From: Bacteroidota bacterium
Lineage (GTDB): Bacteria > Bacteroidota > Bacteroidia > Chitinophagales > BACL12
NCBI GenBank assembly: GCA_016715425.1
Contig: JADKAC010000008.1
Coordinates: 239,853-303,852, forward strand
DNA length: 64,000 nt
Direction of reading: 5' to 3'
A program made the translations under genes and the position numbers. Every line of letters starts with the position of its first letter. Position 1 is the stretch's first letter. Below are positions 46,120 through 55,327 of the stretch, in pieces. The notes below the pieces were generated by a model. The model did not search any database. It had not been told where the DNA came from and saw only the letters and a program-made list of their open reading frames with translations.

Positions 46120-47661
46120 GTGAGTACAGTAAAGAAAGTAAGATTGCGATATGCGCCCAGCCCAACAGGTCCTCAGCATATTGGTGGTATCAGAACTGCA
46201 TTGTTCAATTATTTATTCGTAAAAAAAAATAACGGTACATTGATTTTGCGAAGTGAGGATACAGATCAAAGCAGGTTTGTTCCCGGTGCAGAAGATTACA
46301 TTATTAATAGTTGCAAATGGGCAGGAATTACTTTTGATGAAGGCATACATATCGGTGGGCCATTTGCGCCATACCGACAAAGTGAGCGCAAGCATTTGTA
46401 TCTGCAATATGCGCAGCAATTAATTGAAAGTGGCAATGCATATTATGCATTTGATACACAGGAAGAATTGGAAGATATGCGCAAGCGAATGACCGATCAA
46501 GGAAATCCTTCACCGGCCTATGATCATATCACCCGACAATACATGAAAAATTCTCTCACCTTATCACACGATGAAGTGAAAGAACGTTTGGCAAATAATA
46601 CTCCTTATGTGATTCGTATTTCGATGCCTCGCAATGAAGAAATAAAATTTAATGATTTGATAAGAGGATGGGTGGTTTTTAATTCAAATCAGTTAGATGA
46701 TAAAGTGTTATTTAAAAGTGATGGTATGCCTACTTATCACCTTGCCAATGTGGTTGACGACTACCTGATGCAAATAACACATGTGGTAAGAGGAGAAGAA
46801 TGGTTGCCAAGTGCACCTACACATGTGATATTATATCGCTATCTCGGTTGGGAAGAAGCAATGCCTCTATTTGCACATTTACCTTTAGTATTAAAACCGG
46901 AAGGCAATGGAAAATTAAGCAAACGGGATGGCGACAGACTTGGCTTTCCTATTTATACTTTGGATTGGGAAAATCCATTGACCGGAGAAAAAATTTCAGG
47001 GTTGGCAGAGCGAGGATTTTTACCTGAAGCATATATGAATTTTCTTGCTATGCTTGGATGGCATCCCGGTGGCGATCAGGAAGTGTTTTCACCCGAAGAA
47101 TTAATTGAAGCCTTCACTATAGAAAGAGTGGGTAAAAGCGGTGCACGATTCGATCCGGAAAAAGCCAAATGGATTAATCAGCAACATATAAAAATGCGGA
47201 GTGGCGAAGCATTAGCAACACTGCTTCAATCTACTCTGGATTTACATGAAATAAAAGCCGATAAAAATTATGTAGCCGCAGTTTGCGAATTAATGAAGGA
47301 GCGGGCTGTATTTATTCCTGATCTATACGAACAAGGCATTTACTTTTTTAAAGATGTGGAATCTTATGATGAAACTATCATTCGAAAAAAATGGAAAAAA
47401 GAAAAATCAAATATTTTTGAATCACTTGCCGAATTACTTGAAAATACAGATAATTTTACGGTTGAAAATTTAGAGAAAATTGTAAAGCAATTTATGACCG
47501 ATAATCAATTAAATTCAGGAGAAGTAATGCCCATTTTAAGATTGGCTATGGCAGGTGGATTACAAGGCCCGCCGGTTTTTAATATGATGCATGTTCTTGG
47601 AAAAAATATTTCAGTTAACCGATTAATATTTGCAATTAAAAAATTTAATACCTTGCACTAA
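46120..47661 (+). CDS. gltX: Glutamate--tRNA ligase
   Basis: Class I signatures PSPTGPQHIGGIRTAL (HIGH) and GKLSKRDG (KMSKS). GTG start at 46120. Confidence 0.95.
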   Translation: MSTVKKVRLRYAPSPTGPQHIGGIRTALFNYLFVKKNNGTLILRSEDTDQSRFVPGAEDYIINSCKWAGITFDEGIHIGGPFAPYRQSERKHLYLQYAQQLIESGNAYYAFDTQEELEDMRKRMTDQGNPSPAYDHITRQYMKNSLTLSHDEVKERLANNTPYVIRISMPRNEEIKFNDLIRGWVVFNSNQLDDKVLFKSDGMPTYHLANVVDDYLMQITHVVRGEEWLPSAPTHVILYRYLGWEEAMPLFAHLPLVLKPEGNGKLSKRDGDRLGFPIYTLDWENPLTGEKISGLAERGFLPEAYMNFLAMLGWHPGGDQEVFSPEELIEAFTIERVGKSGARFDPEKAKWINQQHIKMRSGEALATLLQSTLDLHEIKADKNYVAAVCELMKERAVFIPDLYEQGIYFFKDVESYDETIIRKKWKKEKSNIFESLAELLENTDNFTVENLEKIVKQFMTDNQLNSGEVMPILRLAMAGGLQGPPVFNMMHVLGKNISVNRLIFAIKKFNTLH

Positions 47662-47673
47662 AATTTGAATGCT

Positions 47674-48129
47674 ATGCCAAAGAAGAAACCAATGAGTGGA
47701 AAACCCGAAGTTCACAAAGAACTCGAAGGATTTGAAGTGGGCATTAATGAGTTCGGAGAAATTACTTCGAACATGCCAATTGATAAAATCAACAAATTCC
47801 TGAACAGTCATGTGGACGACAAAAAATTTCGTGATCTGGAAAACATCCCCTATGCTAAAAAGGGTGATGAAGAGGAAGACACGGACGATGATGATGATTT
47901 TGATGACGATGATGATTTCGACGAATTTGATGATGATGATGACTCAGGATTTGATGAAGATCTGGAAGATTTAGAAGAACTTGTAGAAGGTAAAGGAAAA
48001 GGAAAAGCCAAAGGGAAAAAAGGTAAGGATGAAGATGAAATTGAAGGCGATTTAAATGAAGAAGAATTTTTAGATGAGTATGCTGATGATTTCAGTGAAG
48101 AAGATGATTATAATTTCGACGATAACTAA
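47674..48129 (+). CDS. Hyper-acidic Asp/Glu-rich protein of unknown function
   Basis: 151 aa from the ATG at 47674 (the track start 47665 is a TTG). It has a basic N-terminus MPKKKPMSGKPEVHKE, then DEEEDTDDDDDFDDDDDFDEFDDDDDSGFDEDLEDLEE, a short KGKGKAKGKKGK patch, and a second acidic tail. It lies 12 nt after gltX and has its own terminator. Confidence 0.7.
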   Translation: MPKKKPMSGKPEVHKELEGFEVGINEFGEITSNMPIDKINKFLNSHVDDKKFRDLENIPYAKKGDEEEDTDDDDDFDDDDDFDEFDDDDDSGFDEDLEDLEELVEGKGKGKAKGKKGKDEDEIEGDLNEEEFLDEYADDFSEEDDYNFDDN

Positions 48130-48152
48130 TAGATTTTAATTCAATGTTTTTT

Positions 48153-48183
48153 AAAGCCGTAATTTTTATTGCGGCTTTTTTTA
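48153..48183. terminator. Hairpin terminator between convergent genes
   Basis: aaagccgtaa-ttttta-ttgcggcttt followed by a T-run. There is one G:U pair in the stem. It overlaps the stop of the minus-strand methyltransferase gene. Confidence 0.6.
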
Positions 48184-48891
48184 TTTTCTGAAGTGTAAAT
48201 AAAATTCTTCAGTAAGATTTTTAAAAGTGCCTGAGTAAGTATTAGGTTTGTCACCTTCAATAATTATAATATTTTCCTGAACTATTGATTGTTGCTTTTT
48301 AATTTCTACAAGTATGCGAATTGGAGGCTTATCCGCTTTTGAATAAACAATAGTTTTTCGATGGCAAAACAATTTGTTATGTAGTGCTGATTTCAAAAAT
48401 TTCTCTGCAGTTTCAAAAGGAAGAATTACTGCCAGCTTTCCGGTTTCTGAAAGCAAATGTTGAGAAGCAGAAATCAATACTTCACTATCAAGATTTTCTG
48501 CAACACGGGCAATGTTTCTTCCAATGTCAGCAACAGGAAATCCATTGCTGAAATATGGAGGATTGCAAATAATTAAATCATACTTCTTCTTACAAGTGTG
48601 AAAATAATTATGCAAATTCGAATGCAAAATATGAATTCGATTCGCCCATGGTGACGCCAACACATTTGCTTTTGCTTGCTCAACAGCATCTTTATTAATA
48701 TCAATTCCATCAATCAATGCAATGCTATTTCGCTGTGCAATCATCAATGCAAGAATACCAGTGCCACTGCCAATATCAAGTGCATAAGAAACATTTTCTA
48801 TATCAACCCAACTGCCAAGCAATATCGCATCCGTACCTAATTTCATAGCTACTTTTTCTTGTTGAATAGCAAATTGTTTAAATTGAAACAT
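48181..48891 (-). CDS. tRNA (adenine-N6)-methyltransferase-like SAM-dependent methyltransferase (YfiC/TrmN6 type)
   Basis: FKQFAIQQEKVAMKLGTDAILLGSW N-terminus, SAM motif ALDIGSGTGILAL, and catalytic IICNPPYF (NPPY). The start is taken at M13 of the track ORF. Confidence 0.8.
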   Translation of the reverse strand: MFQFKQFAIQQEKVAMKLGTDAILLGSWVDIENVSYALDIGSGTGILALMIAQRNSIALIDGIDINKDAVEQAKANVLASPWANRIHILHSNLHNYFHTCKKKYDLIICNPPYFSNGFPVADIGRNIARVAENLDSEVLISASQHLLSETGKLAVILPFETAEKFLKSALHNKLFCHRKTIVYSKADKPPIRILVEIKKQQSIVQENIIIIEGDKPNTYSGTFKNLTEEFYLHFRK

Positions 48892-49052
48892 ATATAAAAT
48901 TTTAAATTGCTTTATGCTGGATCTCATTATAAATAAAAGGTAAATATCCCTACAGTGTCATTTTAAACTCGTAAATGGTTTATAACAAATATTAATATTC
49001 GTTTTATAAAACTATTATTTCTACATTTATTTCTCATAAAAATAAAATAGCA

Positions 49053-50630
49053 ATGAAAAAAATTTTACTCCTCTCTATTTGTTGCGCATTTATATATACT
49101 GTAAATGCACAACTTGTGGTAACAGAAGAATCAAATGATACCACTTTTATTTATTCACTCGCAGGTCCGGGTGTTACTATTACCAATCTCACGAGAACAT
49201 GTGGTGAATCGGGATCGGGATTTTATAATGCATCCTCAGCTTACGTTGGAATTGATGAAGGAATTCTTCTTACTTCCGGTACAATTGCAAATGCTCTCGG
49301 ACCAAATGCAAACGGCGGAGCAAGCGGATTTCTAGATACAGATGGCGATGTCGATTTGGATGCTTTAATTCCGGGATATTATACTTATGATGCCTGTGTT
49401 ATCGAATTTGATATGACAGTTGCCGCCGATACAGTCCGCATTTCTTATGTTTTCGGTTCAGAAGAATATTTAGAGTTTGTAGGCTCTGCATTTAATGATG
49501 TATTTGCATTTTGGGTTAGTGGTCCCGGAATTCCTGATCCTGTAAATATTGCAACCATTCCAGGAACTGATGTTCCAGTTGCAATTAATAATGTGAATGA
49601 CATAAGTTATTCTGATTATTATGTAAATAATGGCGATGGTTATGAAGATCCTTATATGAGTGATAGTATGTATGTGCAATACGATGGATTGACAACAGTA
49701 TTAGATGGCAGTATTGCAGTTACCGCAGGAGAAACCTATCACATGAAAATTGCAATTGCCGATGCAGGTGATATGATTTTAGACTCAGGTGTATTTCTTA
49801 AAACCGGTAGTTTAGGAAGCTTACGAATGGGTACTGCTTATTATGGCGATGGTGAAAGCAATAGTGCTGCCGAAGGTTGTTCCAATGGTTATATTGAATT
49901 CACGAACTATGTTCCAAGTGATATGGATTTAGTGATTAATTATTATGTAGCAGGTACTGCAACAGAAGGCGTGGATTATGAAGAAATTTCCAGTCAGATA
50001 ATTATTCCTGCAGGAATGTCAACAGCAACTTTACCCATTATACCAATTGAAGATGCAGCAATTGAATCTGCAGAAACAGTAATTCTTTATTTATACAATC
50101 CGCAATCATTATATGTGTATGATAGTGTAATTGTTACCTTGCAAGATAAACTGAAATCAGATTTTACTTATGAAGCAACTGCAAGTGAAGTTACATTCAG
50201 TGATAATTCTGATGCAGCCGTTGAATACAATTGGGATTTTGGTGATGGTACTTCTTCTACAGGACCTAATCCAATTCATGCATATGTAGCAATCGGCACT
50301 TATGAAGTTTGCTTAACAATTACAAATGATCAGGGTTGTACTTCTTCTATATGTAAATCAGTTGTTATTGAAAGTGCACAAGGAATAGATGCATTGCAGG
50401 CAATTAATTTCCAATTGTATCCAAATCCTGCTACTGATTTAATTACAATTAATACTGAAATGATGGAGGGAACAATTGCCCTGCGTGATATTCAAGGTCG
50501 TTTGATATCCACTACATCAATTACAGGAAATACAACTACTGTTAATTGTAGCCAATTAACTCCGGGCATGTACACAATAACTGTTACTGACGGAAATAAT
50601 ACTGGTACACAATTAATTGAAATAAAATAA
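49053..50630 (+). CDS. T9SS cargo protein: choice-of-anchor-L-like N-domain, Calx-beta-like segment, PKD domain, and type-A tail
   Basis: Signal peptide. EEYLEFVGSAFNDVFAFWVSGPG and GDMILDSGVFLK (choice-of-anchor L-type motifs), YVAGTATEGVDYE (Calx-beta-like), WDFGDGTSS (PKD), and tail FQLYPNPATDLITI...GMYTITV. Confidence 0.85.
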   Translation: MKKILLLSICCAFIYTVNAQLVVTEESNDTTFIYSLAGPGVTITNLTRTCGESGSGFYNASSAYVGIDEGILLTSGTIANALGPNANGGASGFLDTDGDVDLDALIPGYYTYDACVIEFDMTVAADTVRISYVFGSEEYLEFVGSAFNDVFAFWVSGPGIPDPVNIATIPGTDVPVAINNVNDISYSDYYVNNGDGYEDPYMSDSMYVQYDGLTTVLDGSIAVTAGETYHMKIAIADAGDMILDSGVFLKTGSLGSLRMGTAYYGDGESNSAAEGCSNGYIEFTNYVPSDMDLVINYYVAGTATEGVDYEEISSQIIIPAGMSTATLPIIPIEDAAIESAETVILYLYNPQSLYVYDSVIVTLQDKLKSDFTYEATASEVTFSDNSDAAVEYNWDFGDGTSSTGPNPIHAYVAIGTYEVCLTITNDQGCTSSICKSVVIESAQGIDALQAINFQLYPNPATDLITINTEMMEGTIALRDIQGRLISTTSITGNTTTVNCSQLTPGMYTITVTDGNNTGTQLIEIK

Positions 50631-50650
50631 TTAACTATTAATTTTTAAAA

Positions 50651-50676
50651 AAGCGGGGCATTCCCCGCTTTTTTTT
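50651..50676 (+). terminator. Rho-independent terminator
   Basis: aagcgggg-catt-ccccgctt followed by tttttttt. Confidence 0.9.
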
Positions 50677-50721
50677 ATAAAAACTTTTTTGATTTGCCAA
50701 TTTGCCGTATTTTGTCAAACT

Positions 50722-51537
50722 ATGGTACGAATAATTGTTGCAACCGACTTTACACCGGCATCTAAGCATGCGGTGGAATATGCATTTAATGCATTTGATG
50801 CAGAGAACACTGCATTTATTCTTGTTCATGTAGTGCATGTGGATGGACCACCACCGGCTTTTATGTTCAATAAATTAATTGAATCACTGAAGTTAAGAGC
50901 AAAATATAAATTTGAAAATTTGCTTACAGAAATTACCCAACCGAAATTTTCTAAAATCATTAACCGAATTGAATATGGTTCTTCAGTACATTCTGTAATT
51001 GAGAAAGCTGCACGGGAAGAAAATGCAGATTTAATAATTGCAGGTGCAGGGATGCGTCATAATTTAGAACAAATGGTAATGGGTGATGTGGCAACACATC
51101 TTGTTTCTTACAGTGCTTTTCCAGTTATTATTGTTCCGCAGCAAGCAGCTATTAAACGTATTGAAACTATTGTGAATGCAACCGGTGTAGAACAAACGGA
51201 AGGAGATTTTATGCGGATGATGAAATTTGCAGAAATCTTAAAAGCAAATGTTACTATGCTGCATGTTTACAATAATGCCGACCGAGCAAATAGTATCCAG
51301 GCAAAAACAATTCAAGAATTAGCAATGGATAAATATGGATTTAATAATGTGCGATTCGAATATGAGGTCAACACAAGTGCAGTAAAAGGAATTATAAAAT
51401 ATCTGAATAAAACAAATCCGGATTTGTTAGCTGTATTCCCCCACAAACAAGTTTATCTGGATCGTATTTTCAGCCATAGAATTACCAAAGATTTGGCAGG
51501 AAAATCGGCAGTGCCAATGCTTGTTGTAAAAAATTAA
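50722..51537 (+). CDS. Universal stress protein (tandem double USP domain)
   Basis: Two USP-like halves (IIVATDFTPASKHAVEYA ... ADLIIAGAG...GDVATHLVSYSAFPVIIVP; second half ending AVPMLVVK). The ATG at 50722 is preferred over the TTG at 50689. Confidence 0.85.
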   Translation: MVRIIVATDFTPASKHAVEYAFNAFDAENTAFILVHVVHVDGPPPAFMFNKLIESLKLRAKYKFENLLTEITQPKFSKIINRIEYGSSVHSVIEKAAREENADLIIAGAGMRHNLEQMVMGDVATHLVSYSAFPVIIVPQQAAIKRIETIVNATGVEQTEGDFMRMMKFAEILKANVTMLHVYNNADRANSIQAKTIQELAMDKYGFNNVRFEYEVNTSAVKGIIKYLNKTNPDLLAVFPHKQVYLDRIFSHRITKDLAGKSAVPMLVVKN

Positions 51538-51619
51538 AATCATGGTGTAATATTTTTATATAACCATTTTATTAATTGCCTTTTATTTACCTTCACCGCA
51601 AAATTTAATACATACTATT

Positions 51620-52444
51620 ATGTTAAAAATATTAGCTACCTCTGATTTTTCAGACGCATCAAAACATGCGCTTCGATATGCAATAAAAATTACCGAAAAT
51701 ATTCAAGGCGAAATCGTTTTATTAAATGTGGTTTATATGGATGGGCCACCTGCAGCATCCATGTCGTCCATGTTACTGGAATCAATGAAAACAAAAGCCT
51801 ATTTTAAATTTCAGGAATTCGCCGAAAGTTTGGACTCAGAATTTGGCAGAAAATTAAATTTACAATTACGAGTTGAAATAGGATATCCTGTTGCTCGCAT
51901 TATTGAAAAAGTGGCTCAAGAAGAAAATGTAGAATTAATTGTTCTCGGTAGAAAAGGATTAACTGGTTTAGAAAAAGTGTTTATTGGAAGTGTTGCCGCA
52001 CATGTGGCAATGAACAGCAAGTATCCTGTATTATTGGTACCTGCAAAAGCAGAGTTAAAACCTGTAAAAAAAATGGTAGATGCTTGCGACTTATATCAAA
52101 CTGAAGAAGAATTTGAAACAGTAACTTACTTTGCCTCTAAACTAAATGCTACCATTACTATGTTGCATATTTTTTCAGATGAGGAACAAAGAAATAAAAA
52201 TAATTTTACCGAATTAGCTTCAACTATGCAGGAAAAATTTCATACTCATAATTTTAATTATGCCTCAGAAGTAAATTCCAATGTAGTGGAAGGCATTGAA
52301 CATTATTTGCAAAATAATTCAACTGATATGCTTGTGGTATTTACACACAAACGTTTGTTCTATGAGCGCCTGTTTAATAGAAGTGTAACTAAGGAGTTAG
52401 CAAATGAAATAGATATTCCGGTTCTGGTGTTAAAGGCTATTTAA
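51620..52444 (+). CDS. Universal stress protein (tandem double USP domain), paralog of the previous gene
   Basis: ILATSDFSDASKHALRYA ... VELIVLGRKGLTGLEKVFIGSVAAHVAMNSKYPVLLVP ... IPVLVLK. Confidence 0.85.
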   Translation: MLKILATSDFSDASKHALRYAIKITENIQGEIVLLNVVYMDGPPAASMSSMLLESMKTKAYFKFQEFAESLDSEFGRKLNLQLRVEIGYPVARIIEKVAQEENVELIVLGRKGLTGLEKVFIGSVAAHVAMNSKYPVLLVPAKAELKPVKKMVDACDLYQTEEEFETVTYFASKLNATITMLHIFSDEEQRNKNNFTELASTMQEKFHTHNFNYASEVNSNVVEGIEHYLQNNSTDMLVVFTHKRLFYERLFNRSVTKELANEIDIPVLVLKAI

Positions 52445-52673
52445 AATTTTAATTATACTATTGAAATTTCATAGTATAAACCTTTGGAATTGATGTTACC
52501 TGCTGCTCAAATAATTTTGATATAGGATAAATGTTATCCGGTATTTGTTTACATTGAAGAAAAAGAATTTTATTCGACAGAATAGTATAAATAAAAATAT
52601 TCTATCTTCAATTTAAAGGGTTACAATCTGGAAATTGTTTTATCCAAAATTTTAATTATTCTAAATTATTCAA

Positions 52674-54290
52674 ATGCAATTAAAACTATCCATACTTACA
52701 TTTTTATTCTGCGTTGCTTCGTTGTTAAACGCACAAACAAATGCTCGTCCGAAATTAGTTGTAGGAATTGTGGTTGATCAAATGAGTTATGATTTTTTGT
52801 ATCGCTATTGGGAAAATTATAGCGATGGTGGATTTAAACGATTAGTAAAAAATGGTTTCTCTTGCGAAAATCATCATTACAATTATATACCTACTTATAC
52901 TGCTCCGGGACATGCAAGTATTTATACCGGTTCTGTGCCCGCTGTTCACGGAATTATTTCTAATGATTGGTACGATAAACAATCTGGAGCATTTATGTAT
53001 TGCTCCGGTGATTCATCCGTAAAAGGTGTTGGATCGACTCTGCCCGCTGGAAAAATGTCACCCGTAAATATGTTGACCACAAGTATTTGCGATGAACTGA
53101 AAATTGCATCCAATAATAAATCAAAAGTGATTGGTATTTCACTAAAAGACAGAGGCGCAATTTTACCTGCAGGTCATACTGCAAATGCAGCCTATTGGTT
53201 TGATGGAAATACAAATGCATGGATAAGCAGCACTTATTATATGCAAGCATTACCGGATTGGGTACAAACATTTAATGGAAAACATTTAGCGAATGATTAT
53301 ATTTCCAAGGATTGGAATTTATTATTACCTGAAATAAATTATACAAATAGTACTGTAGATAATGTGGAGTGGGAACGCAGAGATGAAGGAGAAACAACAT
53401 CTGTATTTCCACATAAATTATCAAATGCAAAATCAATGGAAGCAATTAAAGGCACTCCTTTCGGCAATTCATTAACTACAGATTTTGCATTGGAAACAAT
53501 TGCTCAGGAAAAATTAGGCTTTGGAAATTCTACCACGGATATGTTATGTGTAAGTTATTCATCTACTGATTATGTAGGACATTATTATGGACCGTATGCC
53601 ATGGAAACAGAAGATACTTATATTCGATTAGATAAAGATTTAGCAAGATTATTTGAATTTTTAGATTCAAAAATCGGCGACGGAAATTATTTGGTATTTC
53701 TTACCGCCGATCATGGTGTTGCGCCTGCCGCCGGACACATGCAATCATTAAAAGTACCTTCGGGATTAATAAGCTCCTCCGCTTTACAAACACAAATTGA
53801 TTCTGTAATGAAAATCAATTTTCCAGTAGATAATTTGATAGCCAATTTTTCCAATGATCAGATTTTTTTAAATCATAAAAAATTAGCAGAAAATAATATT
53901 ACGGTTGCTATGATTAATGATGTACTCTTTAATTATTTAATTACAGTTGATGGTGTATCCAATGTAATTAACCTGAGTAATATCGCCAACGCAAAACTTC
54001 CTGATGTTTATAAAACGATGGTAGTAAATGGTGTGAATGCAAAACGCAGTGGAGATATTGAAATCTTATATGAAGCTAACTGGATGGGATCTTATAAATA
54101 TGGAACCACGCATGGCAGCATGTATAATTATGATACACAAGTTCCACTGTTATGGTATGGTTGGAAAATTCCGAATGGAAAAACATGGCGCAAAACTGAA
54201 GTAACAGATATTGCCCCCACATTAGCAGCGATGTTACGCATAAAAGCCCCCAGTGGATGCATCGGCAGAGTTATAGATGAAATGAAATAA
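52674..54290 (+). CDS. Alkaline phosphatase / nucleotide pyrophosphatase family protein (PafA-like)
   Basis: Signal peptide. VVGIVVDQMSYDFLYRYW, PTYTAPGHASIYTG (Thr nucleophile context), SSTDYVGHYYGP and LTADHGV metal-site motifs. Confidence 0.85.
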   Translation: MQLKLSILTFLFCVASLLNAQTNARPKLVVGIVVDQMSYDFLYRYWENYSDGGFKRLVKNGFSCENHHYNYIPTYTAPGHASIYTGSVPAVHGIISNDWYDKQSGAFMYCSGDSSVKGVGSTLPAGKMSPVNMLTTSICDELKIASNNKSKVIGISLKDRGAILPAGHTANAAYWFDGNTNAWISSTYYMQALPDWVQTFNGKHLANDYISKDWNLLLPEINYTNSTVDNVEWERRDEGETTSVFPHKLSNAKSMEAIKGTPFGNSLTTDFALETIAQEKLGFGNSTTDMLCVSYSSTDYVGHYYGPYAMETEDTYIRLDKDLARLFEFLDSKIGDGNYLVFLTADHGVAPAAGHMQSLKVPSGLISSSALQTQIDSVMKINFPVDNLIANFSNDQIFLNHKKLAENNITVAMINDVLFNYLITVDGVSNVINLSNIANAKLPDVYKTMVVNGVNAKRSGDIEILYEANWMGSYKYGTTHGSMYNYDTQVPLLWYGWKIPNGKTWRKTEVTDIAPTLAAMLRIKAPSGCIGRVIDEMK

Positions 54291-54344
54291 TTTCTGGATA
54301 AACTATTAGTACATAATGATGGTTGAGTGCAATAAGTAATTACA

Positions 54345-54869
54345 ATGAATACAGAAACTGATTTACATATTCCGGAAGCCATGCGCAAAACAATGCGCTT
54401 ATGGGCAAGTGGTGTAGTAGTAGTTTGTTCTACACATAAAAAGATGCAGAGTGGCATGACGGTAAGTGCATTTGCATCCATCACTCTCGATCCTCCGCAT
54501 GTACTTGTTTGTATAAATAAAAATGCAGGCACATTAGAATTGATTCGCAAATCAAAAAAGTTTTCTGTTTCCATTTTAGGTGAAGATCATTTAGATATTT
54601 CAAAACAATTTTCAGGTGAAAAAATTTTACCTGAAGGAAAAGATCGCTTTCATAATATCGCCACTTTTACTGCAACTACCGGCTGCCCTATTTTACAGGA
54701 AAGTATTGCATGGTTAGATTGTGAAGTATTTCAAATTCGCAATATGTCAACCCATGTAATTGTTGGCGGACAGGTATTAAATACAGGACAAACAAATCAT
54801 CAGGCAAAACCATTATTATATTACGATCGCAATTATCGTCGCATGTCTGTGGATCATCATATAGAATAG
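54345..54869 (+). CDS. Flavin reductase family (FMN-binding split-barrel) protein
   Basis: MRLWASGVVVVCS...SGMTVSAFASITLDPPHVLVCINK is typical of the flavin reductase-like domain. Confidence 0.85.
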   Translation: MNTETDLHIPEAMRKTMRLWASGVVVVCSTHKKMQSGMTVSAFASITLDPPHVLVCINKNAGTLELIRKSKKFSVSILGEDHLDISKQFSGEKILPEGKDRFHNIATFTATTGCPILQESIAWLDCEVFQIRNMSTHVIVGGQVLNTGQTNHQAKPLLYYDRNYRRMSVDHHIE

Positions 54870-54893
54870 ATTTACAGCCTGTAACTTTATGCT

Positions 54894-55268
54894 GTGATAC
54901 AAATATTCTGGATAGCAATTGGTGGTGCAGTAGGTTCTGTATTGCGCTACTTCATGAATTTAGCAGCCTTTGAATTTTATAAAGGAGAATTTCCAATAGG
55001 CACTTTATTAGTAAATGCAATCGGTTCATTAATTATTGGTTTATTATGGAATGCAGCGCCTCAATTAAATGAATACACAAAAGCATTTTTATTCGTCGGT
55101 TTATTAGGTGGCTTTACCACATTCTCTTCCTTTTCTTTAGAAACAATACGATTAGTTGAAAATGATGCAATTGGTATTGCATTAATGAATGTGCTATTAA
55201 ATAATGTGATAGGAATCAGTTTATGCTTTGCAGGTTTATATTTGGGCAAAGTAATTTTTCATTCATAA
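54894..55268 (+). CDS. crcB: Fluoride efflux transporter CrcB
   Basis: IAIGGAVGSVLRY, GTLLVNAIGSLIIG and GLLGGFTTFSSF motifs. GTG start: the nearby ATG at 54889 is out of frame and hits a stop. Confidence 0.9.
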   Translation: MIQIFWIAIGGAVGSVLRYFMNLAAFEFYKGEFPIGTLLVNAIGSLIIGLLWNAAPQLNEYTKAFLFVGLLGGFTTFSSFSLETIRLVENDAIGIALMNVLLNNVIGISLCFAGLYLGKVIFHS

Positions 55269-55327
55269 AAATTGTTGTTTGATAACGTATTGTTTTAAAT
55301 CTTAATTTTATTTCTTAATTATTTGTA

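Noticed and set aside
52452-52476. Inverted repeat tatactat-N9-atagtata after the second USP gene considered as a terminator
   Set aside because: The stem is purely A/T with no T-tract afterwards. It is too weak to call.
54291-54344. Possible fluoride riboswitch upstream of the reductase-crcB pair (contains aatgatggttgag)
   Set aside because: Only a vague resemblance to the GAUGG core. The rest of the conserved pseudoknot elements are not visible, and the region is too short. It needs a covariance-model scan to be sure.
54128-54574. 148-aa minus-strand ORF spanning the end of the phosphatase gene and the start of the flavin reductase gene
   Set aside because: It is antisense to two well-supported genes with clear family motifs. 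It has no motif of its own, and its composition is typical of the shadow frame of AT-rich coding DNA.
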